Shown piece by piece: positions 57,740 through 64,000 of a stretch of DNA of 64,000 bases. Below the pieces are notes generated by a model, which searched no databases, was not told the origin of the DNA, and saw nothing but the letters and a program-made list of their open reading frames with translations. Position 1 is the stretch's first letter, and every line of letters starts with the position of its first letter. The stretch is from IMG/VR virus record IMGVR_UViG_3300025133_006719, positions 15,300-79,299 of that record; one strand, given 5' to 3'. This DNA comes from a virus. The translations under genes were made by a program, and so were the position numbers.

Positions 57740-58495
57740 ATGACAACACCGAAACTACTAAACAAACTCGACATATTTTTTGAAAACGCCAAGCTCAAAG
57801 GTATTTGGCATTTTTCCTTACCAAGTGGCTGGACGTGTCCGGGTGCTTCTAATTGCCTGACAAAAGCAGACGAAGTCACGGGCAAGATAACAGACTTGCA
57901 GAAGCCCGACGAAAAAGGGGAAACGTACCGATGCTATGCGGCGGGGATGGAAAACAGGTTTCCAAAAGTAAGAGCCTCCCGATTCAAAAACTTTGAGCTT
58001 ATTAAAAAAGCCAAGACAGAGAAAAACATTACCGCTTTAATTGTCAGAAGTATACCGCAGGGACTGCGAAGCGTTGGGGGATATCTGCGGGTGCATATCG
58101 GCGGTGACTTTTTCAGTCAAACCTATTTCAACGCATGGATGAAAGCGGCGGCGTTCTTTCCTCGCGTTACCTTTTACAGCTACACAAAGAGCGTTCACTA
58201 TTTGGCAAAGTATTTAGAAACTAACAAGCTGCCAGAAAACTACAAGTTCACCTGTTCGTCTGGCGGAAAGCATGACAAGTTAATTAAGCAGACAGGAATC
58301 AAGACAGCAACCGTGTTTTTTAGCCAAAGAGCAATCGACGAGAAAAAGCTCGAAACCGATCACACCGACGAAAAGGCAATCTTCGGGAGTGTCAATTTCG
58401 CTTTAGCTCTTCACGGACAGCAGCCAAAAGGGAGCGCGGCAGTCAAAGCGTTGAAAGCCTTGAAAAAAGAAGGCTTCACGGGCTACTCAAATTAA
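57740..58495 (+). CDS. GP88-family protein (radical-SAM-like Cys cluster)
   Basis: FSLP.G.TCPGA..C, CYA, RVH..GDFF, YSYTK; promoter TTGACT-17-TATAAT at 57701. Confidence 0.75.
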   Translation: MTTPKLLNKLDIFFENAKLKGIWHFSLPSGWTCPGASNCLTKADEVTGKITDLQKPDEKGETYRCYAAGMENRFPKVRASRFKNFELIKKAKTEKNITALIVRSIPQGLRSVGGYLRVHIGGDFFSQTYFNAWMKAAAFFPRVTFYSYTKSVHYLAKYLETNKLPENYKFTCSSGGKHDKLIKQTGIKTATVFFSQRAIDEKKLETDHTDEKAIFGSVNFALALHGQQPKGSAAVKALKALKKEGFTGYSN

Positions 58496-58577
58496 TTCAA
58501 CTCACAAGAAAAATGCTGACCGTGGCCTTGTTGGTTGTTTGGTTTTTGGTATATTCAATGTACCGAATCAATGATAA

Positions 58578-58856
58578 ATGAAGATGGAACATATAAAAAA
58601 CGGTGCTTTATATTATAATAATATAACGGGCAGGGTGGAAAGAGTAATCGGAAAAGTGTCACCAGTCAGGGCGCTGACATATTGGCATCATACCGAGGAG
58701 AAAAGCCACAACGTCAAAGTATTAAGAAAAGCAAACCAATTAGAAGTTGAGAATTACCTTGATGGGGGGGATATTCCCACACTTAAAAAGAGAATCTTAA
58801 ATACAATAAATAAACTATTTAATAAGAGTGACAAACTAAAGTTTAAAGTGTCATAA
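58578..58856 (+). CDS. hypothetical protein
   Basis: ORF followed by terminator. Confidence 0.6.
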   Translation: MKMEHIKNGALYYNNITGRVERVIGKVSPVRALTYWHHTEEKSHNVKVLRKANQLEVENYLDGGDIPTLKKRILNTINKLFNKSDKLKFKVS

Positions 58857-58884
58857 TCCTCCCGAGAAACTATAAAGGTTTCGG

Positions 58885-58913
58885 AGCCCCTGCGAGTGCG
58901 GGGGCTTTTTTTT
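58885..58913 (+). terminator. intrinsic terminator
   Basis: AGCCCCTGC-GAGT-GCGGGGGCT plus T-run. Confidence 0.85.
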
Positions 58914-58918
58914 GTGTC

Positions 58919-58992
58919 GTAAAGCGTTGGTACTCAGTGGTTTAGGGGCGCGGCAGGCGCGTGAGCTAACCCATTGACTGTCAACGACTTAC
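58919..58992 (+). repeat. composite palindromic site R3
   Basis: GTAAAGCGTTGG-TAC-TCAGTGGTTTAG, 20-bp GC core, CTAACCCATTGA-CTG-TCAACGACTTAC. Confidence 0.85.
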
Positions 58993-59008
58993 GACGATGT
59001 TTTTTTTG

Positions 59009-59037
59009 TTGACATGTTGGTTGGTGTATGTTATAAT
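59009..59037 (+). promoter_or_regulatory. consensus sigma70 promoter
   Basis: TTGACA-17-TATAAT with extended TG. Confidence 0.85.
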
Positions 59038-59043
59038 GCCCCC

Positions 59044-59166
59044 ATGAAAAAGAAAGTGACAGCTAAACCACGCGCCAAGGTTGATTGGAATACTGGTGAA
59101 CGTATACATCCACCCAAAAAGGGTAAAGGGTCATACAATCGTAAAAAAAGTAAAAAAAGTAGTTGA
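59044..59166 (+). CDS. ArfA-like alternative ribosome-rescue factor (40 aa, not in ORF track)
   Basis: MKKKVTAKPRAKVDWNTGERIHPPKKGKGSYNRKKSKKSS; KKGKGSYxRK ArfA signature; ATG at predicted TSS. Confidence 0.65.
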   Translation: MKKKVTAKPRAKVDWNTGERIHPPKKGKGSYNRKKSKKSS

Positions 59167-59201
59167 CTTTGATTACCCCGCGTGATATCATATTAAAAGT
59201 T

Positions 59202-59825
59202 ATGAGGGAATTCATTAGTTGGAAGGATGCAGGGCCACGCAAGATGATGGACGGCATCGAAGTCGCACCGGATCGCGTGAAGGTTTATTTCAATCTACAT
59301 TTGGATTGCCTGTCGGTGATCGACGCCGAGACGGGATTGCTTTATTGTCACGCTCATCGTGTTGAATTGCGTGATGCAAAGTTTAGGGTGCAGGAGGCGG
59401 GTCGCCAGCGAGTCCTTCGGGAAAAGCGTAAGAATGTTCACGCCTACGTTGTTGGAAAATGTCATGAGATTGGTGACGTTTCCAAAGAACGCTTTCGCGA
59501 GGTTGATAATGAGTTATACGAGAAGTACAGCATCTGTGATTGCGGCGACAAACCATACGACTACTGCGAGCAATGTGTGCCAGAGTCAGGCGAGGAGTTT
59601 CGCGGAGGATATTATAATCCTTACAAGTTCAAAACCTTTGTTGATGACATTAACAAAACGCCGATCTACAAGTCGAGCAGGGTGATGATCCGAGACAAGA
59701 CAGCCATAGGGCCGCACTACAACATCTTTTACATACCAGAGCCAAAGAAGAAAAGAGAGCCTTGGAACAAAGGTATGAAGTATACCCATAGAGGGTTACG
59801 AGCAAGAAAACTATCACAAGTATGA
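59202..59825 (+). CDS. conserved phage protein
   Basis: VYFNLH, GR.RVLREKRKNVHAYV, YNPYK; promoter TTGACT-17-TATCAT at 59163. Confidence 0.7.
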   Translation: MREFISWKDAGPRKMMDGIEVAPDRVKVYFNLHLDCLSVIDAETGLLYCHAHRVELRDAKFRVQEAGRQRVLREKRKNVHAYVVGKCHEIGDVSKERFREVDNELYEKYSICDCGDKPYDYCEQCVPESGEEFRGGYYNPYKFKTFVDDINKTPIYKSSRVMIRDKTAIGPHYNIFYIPEPKKKREPWNKGMKYTHRGLRARKLSQV

Positions 59826-60145
59826 GTTGGTATCCAAACGATTGTCAGGAATGCGGTAAGCCCATCGAAGGCGACTGGGAGAGTCAGATCGCTCTCGGAA
59901 TAGAGACGGGTGAAATTACAGATAGGCCAAGCAACCGCTTGTTTATCTATGACAAGCATATCCGTTGTTCTCCTAGTAGGGCGCAGCGGATAGTCCACCC
60001 CGACTTTCCTCCGGTGGTCGATGAGCGACCACAGTTTGATTGGCGGCGGGATGATGGACCTTGGGATGATGGGATGCGGAAGAAGTACAAGAAACTCTAC
60101 ACAGAGGCTTGGGTAAGACTCCAAGAAAAAAGGGTTGACAAGTAA
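59822..60145 (+). CDS. hypothetical protein with CxxC
   Basis: CQECG...HIRC. Confidence 0.6.
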   Translation: MSWYPNDCQECGKPIEGDWESQIALGIETGEITDRPSNRLFIYDKHIRCSPSRAQRIVHPDFPPVVDERPQFDWRRDDGPWDDGMRKKYKKLYTEAWVRLQEKRVDK

Positions 60146-60173
60146 GCCCCCGTGTGGTAAGATTATTAAAGTT

Positions 60174-60434
60174 ATGACAAAACTAACAAACAAACTAAAG
60201 GAAAAGGTTCGAGCTTGGCTCAACATTAGAGAGAGAGTTACTGACTATGTGATGGTCTACTCTCCAGAGAAACACGCAACCAAAGTCTACTACCTCAAAG
60301 GCACTCGGAGAGGCTGGAGTCCCTTATACAAGGATCAAAAGGAAGTAGGCTTCAAGGCTAGGGTTTACAACCGCGATTTACAGGTCAGAAGTTTTAGGGC
60401 TGACAGGATAGTTTCTTTAGCTGCACGAAGTTAA
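60174..60434 (+). CDS. WYL-domain-like small protein
   Basis: RSFRADRI motif; promoter TTGACA-17-TAAGAT at 60135. Confidence 0.6.
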   Translation: MTKLTNKLKEKVRAWLNIRERVTDYVMVYSPEKHATKVYYLKGTRRGWSPLYKDQKEVGFKARVYNRDLQVRSFRADRIVSLAARS

Positions 60435-60444
60435 AAGAAAGGGG

Positions 60445-60472
60445 TTGACAACTCTGCCCCATCTGGTAAGAT
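60445..60472 (+). promoter_or_regulatory. promoter of ncRNA operon
   Basis: TTGACA-16-TAAGAT with GCCCC spacer and extended TG. Confidence 0.75.
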
Positions 60473-60584
60473 TAATGAGTTGTTATTGTTCATGTTAACG
60501 TAGTGGGTTATGGTTAAGAGTCAGGCAGGGCTGACTTAAAAGATTAGGGCGGGAACGCATTGCTAATCACCCCCTGACACTTTT

Positions 60585-60597
60585 TGTTCTTTGAAAA
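60585..60597 (+). promoter_or_regulatory. boxA-like antitermination element
   Basis: TGTTCTTTGAAAA. Confidence 0.6.
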
Positions 60598-60600
60598 TTT

Positions 60601-60749
60601 GCTCTTGAGTTTGCAGTCAGATCTGGGCGGTTGCACCGACATGCTTCTTCGCCCTCTCTCACAACCTAAAAAAACTCGGACTCGCGTCTAGCGTCGGAAA
60701 AGCGTTAACTCGTTTTGAAAAGGTTAGATATTAGAGTTTCCTCAAGAGC
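60601..60749 (+). ncRNA. structured ncRNA domain B (unidentified)
   Basis: Closed by perfect 9-bp GCTCTTGAG/CTCAAGAGC; internal GGGCG/CGCCC and AACCT/AGGTT. Confidence 0.6.
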
Positions 60750-60757
60750 GATCAATT

Positions 60758-60909
60758 TGAGTTGGCGAGTAAATTGGCTTTTAAGCCGACAACGCCTCCA
60801 TCGCCCTAAGCTATAAACGCGCTGGGACAGGGATGGTAAGACATTTTACGCGACTGCGCTTGCAATACAGCGCGATCACACTACTGGTGGCGCGGTAGCA
60901 ACTCATTCA
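60758..60909 (+). ncRNA. structured ncRNA domain C (unidentified, multibranch)
   Basis: 7-bp TGAGTTG/CAACTCA closing stem with internal GTAAA/TTTAC, CCATC/GATGG, GCGCT/AGCGC, CTAC/GTAG stems. Confidence 0.6.
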
Positions 60910-60914
60910 ATTTT

Positions 60915-61100
60915 TCTCACTCGACGGAGTGAGATCGGTGTGACGGAATAATCCCTCCCAAAGGGGTAACGTAGCGACTGCGAGAAGTACAACGGCCTAG
61001 TGGCAGAGGAAAATCGCGGGTGAGTCCGAAGTAAGTCGATCTGAAACATTTGTTTTCTGGGGACTGAAAAGGTGCGGGTACACAAATACTCCCGCCACCA
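60915..61100 (+). ncRNA. structured ncRNA domain D (possibly manA-motif-like)
   Basis: TCTCACTC/GAGTGAGA, GATCGG/TCGATC, TGCGA/TCGCG stems; 3' GGTGCGGG..CCCGCCACCA then T8. Confidence 0.55.
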
Positions 61101-61114
61101 TTTTTTTTAATATA

Positions 61115-61312
61115 ATGACATACTATAAGTGTTGCGAATGTGATAAGATTTTTGAATGGGATGAGGATGTTCGTCCCCATCATACAGATAATTTATTGTG
61201 TGATGATTGTGGCAGCGCAGATTGGTCTAAAAGGCCCTTAATAGTAAACAAATGGAGTTTGATGAGTTATACAAAGAAACAATTAAAGCATTTGAACAAG
61301 AAGAGCAAATGA
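61115..61312 (+). CDS. small Zn-finger protein
   Basis: CCEC...CDDC. Confidence 0.6.
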   Translation: MTYYKCCECDKIFEWDEDVRPHHTDNLLCDDCGSADWSKRPLIVNKWSLMSYTKKQLKHLNKKSK

Positions 61313-61527
61313 AAACAAAACATTTACAAAAGAAGGCCGCGAAGAAGAAGGTCACGCGACAAGTTAAGCATGATAAGATTGTCATGCGGGATCATGTTCG
61401 GGGTGAGATGAAGAGGCACATTGAGTATCAAATCAAATCCCTTCGGCAAAGAAACGCAGCCGATTGCGACGTCGTTGCGTTCATAAATAAGAAGTTCGCG
61501 CAAATACGTCAAATAATATCAGAGTAG
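61309..61527 (+). CDS. hypothetical basic protein
   Basis: Coupled ORF. Confidence 0.55.
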   Translation: MKTKHLQKKAAKKKVTRQVKHDKIVMRDHVRGEMKRHIEYQIKSLRQRNAADCDVVAFINKKFAQIRQIISE

Positions 61528-61536
61528 GTAATCCGC

Positions 61537-61609
61537 TTAAACCGCTAAGCCGCAACGGTTTAGCAGGGGCGCAGCCGCAAACGCAAGCCATTGATGATCA
61601 ACGACTTAC
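61537..61609 (+). repeat. composite palindromic site R4
   Basis: TTAAACCGCTAA-GCC-GCAACGGTTTAG, 19-bp core with GCGCAGCCGC, GCAAGCCATTGA-TGA-TCAACGACTTAC. Confidence 0.8.
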
Positions 61610-61774
61610 GCGCTCTACCGCAGTAAAGACCACGGGGTGATAATACTTCGGGCCGATCCGTTGATGGTTCTTTTGGAATTTGATAATCGCCTCCTCTTCA
61701 AACCATGCGCGTACTTCTATCTTGTCGCCTTGGTTAGTTGTGAAAAGATAAGTGTTGCGTATGTCGTCGATCAT
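61598..61774 (-). CDS. hypothetical protein; stop codon lies inside R4
   Basis: Last codons CGC GTA AGT CGT TGA come from the palindrome arm. Confidence 0.55.
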   Translation of the reverse strand: MIDDIRNTYLFTTNQGDKIEVRAWFEEEAIIKFQKNHQRIGPKYYHPVVFTAVERVSR

Positions 61775-61776
61775 TT

Positions 61777-61953
61777 TCAATATCCGTTGTAAGATACGGT
61801 TGTGCCATACTTCTTGCGCTTGGCATCAGCGGCCTTCCGCATGGTATCGTGGTAGGAGCCTTCGCTCCAGTCCGCTTTAGGGTATTGAGCTTCTGCCTCC
61901 TTGAGTTGTTTCACTCGCTCCCAGCTAGGCACGCCATATATCTGGTCTTTCAT
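61777..61953 (-). CDS. hypothetical protein (58 aa)
   Basis: Coupled ORF MKDQIYGVPSWERV... Confidence 0.55.
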   Translation of the reverse strand: MKDQIYGVPSWERVKQLKEAEAQYPKADWSEGSYHDTMRKAADAKRKKYGTTVSYNGY

Positions 61954-62153
61954 AGTGGCATAGTCCAGTTACAGTATGATCCTGACGCACACCTTTCGCA
62001 TACTGGTACGGCTGTGCCATCATCATCTGTATTTAGCTCACAGCTAGACATAGGGAACCAGCCATTACATGAGTAACATTTGGCTGCGTCCTCATCGTCT
62101 TGTAGGTGGATAACCTGTGTGGATACGTCATCCCATGTGATGTTATCGTTCAT
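61950..62153 (-). CDS. small Zn-finger protein
   Basis: CYSC...CERC; GGAGG SD. Confidence 0.6.
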   Translation of the reverse strand: MNDNITWDDVSTQVIHLQDDEDAAKCYSCNGWFPMSSCELNTDDDGTAVPVCERCASGSYCNWTMPL

Positions 62154-62380
62154 GCGTCCACCTCCGTTTCGTTTTCCCAAGGGCTGTCCGCAGTATAGTG
62201 GTTACTGTCCCAATTAAATGAGAAGTATTCGTTAAAGAGGGCCAAGTTGAATTTTGACTCTATACTCTCGGTTTTGGCTGCTGCTTGTAGTATTTCCCTC
62301 ATAGAATTAAGCCTTCTCCGCATCTCCTCTGTTCCCGCTTTTGTTCGCGGCCTCATCCAATCATCATCTATTTGTTTCAT
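62150..62380 (-). CDS. hypothetical protein
   Basis: Coupled ORF. Confidence 0.55.
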   Translation of the reverse strand: MKQIDDDWMRPRTKAGTEEMRRRLNSMREILQAAAKTESIESKFNLALFNEYFSFNWDSNHYTADSPWENETEVDA

Positions 62381-62381
62381 A

Positions 62382-62621
62382 TCAGTTGTCGGTGTACATT
62401 ACGTCATAAAGAGTTTCCTGAACTTTTTTGAGCCTTCTATCTGCTTGCGTCAATGTAGCATGAGCTTGCTCTTCGCTACATAAGCCGCCGAGGTTGTTGG
62501 TCAGAAAGGTCAAGCCGCCTCTTACTTGCGCGATTTTTCCAGTTAATTTTGCCAGATCGATGTCCGTGCTGAAGCGTTTACTTTTGTAGTTATAATCATT
62601 CATGTTTTTTTTCTCACTCAC
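62382..62621 (-). CDS. hypothetical protein
   Basis: Promoter TTGACT-17-TAGAAT (62657-62629, minus). Confidence 0.6.
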   Translation of the reverse strand: MSEKKNMNDYNYKSKRFSTDIDLAKLTGKIAQVRGGLTFLTNNLGGLCSEEQAHATLTQADRRLKKVQETLYDVMYTDN

Positions 62622-62660
62622 TTGTTATATTCTATCACGCTCTGCCTACAAAGTCAACAA

Positions 62661-62948
62661 TTATTTAGTGTTAAAATGACCGCAAGAACCCCATGCCATA
62701 TCTGGATCGCCATACTTCTTGTCCCATCCTAACGGACTTATGCCTGACATAAGAAACTCCCTGTCGCCAGCGCATAACGATTTCAACGCCATTATGCTGC
62801 CCGTCTGCCTCATCTGAAAGAGTTCCGAACCTTTAACGCTCACACTATAAGGAGCTTCCGTCACGACGCACTTGCCCGTGAATGTGTAGATATGCTCCGG
62901 CTCGTAAGTCTCGGAGTAACTGCAACCTGTGTCGATAAACCTTGTCAT
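62661..62948 (-). CDS. conserved phage protein
   Basis: L...DREFLMSGISP.GWD motif; promoter TTGACA-17-TATAAT (62987-62959, minus) fixes start. Confidence 0.65.
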   Translation of the reverse strand: MTRFIDTGCSYSETYEPEHIYTFTGKCVVTEAPYSVSVKGSELFQMRQTGSIMALKSLCAGDREFLMSGISPLGWDKKYGDPDMAWGSCGHFNTK

Positions 62949-63075
62949 AACGCCGTTAATTATACCAACAGCTAAACACAATGTCAACAAATAACTCAAA
63001 GTTTTTTAATATACTTTGTAATAACACCAAATAGGAAACCAAATAGCATCAAATATAATATATTAATAATACACT

Positions 63076-63160
63076 ATAAGCCCTTAATAGTAAATGACTT
63101 GAGTCATGGTTTAGAATCGCGGCTGCCCGCGACGTAACCCATTGATAATCAAAGAGTTAC
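63076..63160 (-). repeat. composite palindromic site R5
   Basis: Degenerate left palindrome, core AATCGCGGCTGC (exact reverse complement of R1 core), GTAACCCATTGA-TAA-TCAAAGAGTTAC. Confidence 0.8.
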
Positions 63161-63244
63161 GCCCCCGCCGTGGGAAAGAAAGGGGGAATACAGATAAAAA
63201 CCCCAAAAACCACGACGAGGGCGCTAGCGCGTTATGAGACAACG

Positions 63245-63472
63245 CTAAATTTTTTGTAACTCCTCCCTGTATTTGTTTACTAGGCGGTTCAATTGCCGCA
63301 TCTTGGACTCATCGTATCCACGCTGCAGGTGATAGTCATCTTCGGCACGTTCTTCGGGAGTTGTCGTCGCTATATACTTAGCAGTCTCTCTAGCTATCTC
63401 TTTATCGAATTCACTGGTGAAGTCAGGATCCTTGCCTCTGTACGGTTTAGTGTGACGGTATTGTTGTTTCAT
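63245..63472 (-). CDS. hypothetical protein
   Basis: Coupled ORF from ATG 63472. Confidence 0.55.
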   Translation of the reverse strand: MKQQYRHTKPYRGKDPDFTSEFDKEIARETAKYIATTTPEERAEDDYHLQRGYDESKMRQLNRLVNKYREELQKI

Positions 63473-63660
63473 TTCTTTATAATTTTTATAGCCTTGGCGC
63501 ACCAACCATCGTAATCGCTTTCGGTTGCGGTAACTTTGCCTTCCCAAGTTGCGCCCCGAACATCAGCAAGCCATGATGGACTTGGTAAAATTGCTGTGTC
63601 GCCTACGCTTGCCTGTTCGTCAGTTTCGTATGTGTAGTTGTCGTTTATTTTTATTTTCAT
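63469..63660 (-). CDS. hypothetical protein
   Basis: YTY.......VGD...LP...V......Y.G motif. Confidence 0.6.
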   Translation of the reverse strand: MKIKINDNYTYETDEQASVGDTAILPSPSWLADVRGATWEGKVTATESDYDGWCAKAIKIIKK

Positions 63661-63665
63661 AGTAG

Positions 63666-63998
63666 TTATAGTTTGTAGAAAATGTGGTTGCCGATAACCT
63701 TGACAGGCTTTTCACCTTTGGCCCAGTACGGTTTCTTTTTCATCCAAGTGGCGTGGTAGTGATTAGCGAAGCCAACAAAGTCACGACTTAAAAGTTTGAT
63801 GCTTTTAGCCAATGACAGCGCGTACTTTGCTTGTGGTACTTTTAGCAAGTGTTCAAGGCTCTTTAAGGTTTTACCGTTCCAACAACTAAATTGCCATTTT
63901 TTAAGACATACTGCTGATGGTGTCCGTTTTCTTTCAAATGCTCGTTGAGCAATGACTGCAGCAACCGCGTACATCCCTGCTTCCCCTTCTCCCCTCGC
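63666..63998 (-). CDS. cell wall hydrolase, SleB/Hydrolase_2 family (5'-partial)
   Basis: ARGEG..GM.AVA.VI..R, QFSCWN, A.HYHA...P.WA, IG.H.FY. Confidence 0.9.
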   Translation of the reverse strand, partial: ARGEGEAGMYAVAAVIAQRAFERKRTPSAVCLKKWQFSCWNGKTLKSLEHLLKVPQAKYALSLAKSIKLLSRDFVGFANHYHATWMKKKPYWAKGEKPVKVIGNHIFYKL

Positions 63999-64000
63999 TT

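Noticed and set aside
60520-60578. Hammerhead ribozyme
   Set aside because: CTGAC is not followed by GA, and the GAAA...UH core is missing.
60915-61100. RNase P RNA or tmRNA
   Set aside because: GAGGAAAATCG only loosely resembles GAGGAAAGUCC and the 3' conserved region is absent. The CCA end lacks a T-loop and a tmRNA 5' acceptor strand, and I see no tag ORF.
60903-61183. Minus-strand ORFs 60903-61085 and 60917-61183
   Set aside because: They are antisense to the structured RNA and a coupled + gene, with no promoter and atypical composition.
55354-63160. CRISPR array interpretation of the repeats
   Set aside because: Units are 1.3-2.6 kb apart, degenerate and in both orientations, with whole genes between them and no cas operon.
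1-64000. Stop-codon reassignment
   Set aside because: Conserved genes are intact in the standard code and end in TAA, TAG and TGA.

Overview
A 64-kb segment of a large dsDNA tailed phage genome, read in the standard genetic code, gene-dense and almost all on the + strand up to about 55 kb. The host is probably a Gram-negative PVC-group bacterium; one Verrucomicrobia-type GspC/PilP-like gene and many leaderless or SD-less genes point that way, but this is inference. The 0.5-2.7 kb part holds lipoproteins and a DUF2589 pair. The 2.7-9 kb part is a glycan module with GT69-like, GT2, GT25 and GT11 enzymes plus Gmd, a ColD-type enzyme and Fcl/ColC. The 9-25 kb part is replication and recombination: RecA-like, DnaB, primase, Cas4-like nuclease, a Pol III alpha split into PHP, DEDDh exonuclease and core genes, SSB-like and SSAP-like. 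The 25-42 kb part is auxiliary metabolism: Hsp20 behind a sigma54 promoter, class II RNR, dUTPase, ThyX, heptose-pathway enzymes, four FkbM methyltransferases, 2OG-Fe(II) oxygenases and tRNA-Arg(UCU). The 42-55 kb part has rIIA/rIIB, a glycosylase, small early genes and RuvB between two AT-rich repeat tracts. The most unusual part is 55-64 kb, which is cut into promoter-bearing modules by five copies of an unannotated composite site: two 27-bp palindromes (GTAAGTCATTGA-N3-TCAATGACTTAC-like) around a 19-20-bp asymmetric GC core. All three strand switches in 53-64 kb fall at these sites. One module carries a roughly 620-nt boxA-containing operon of tandem structured non-coding RNAs and a hidden 40-aa ArfA-like ORF. 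Family assignments come from motif recognition only; no database searches were run.
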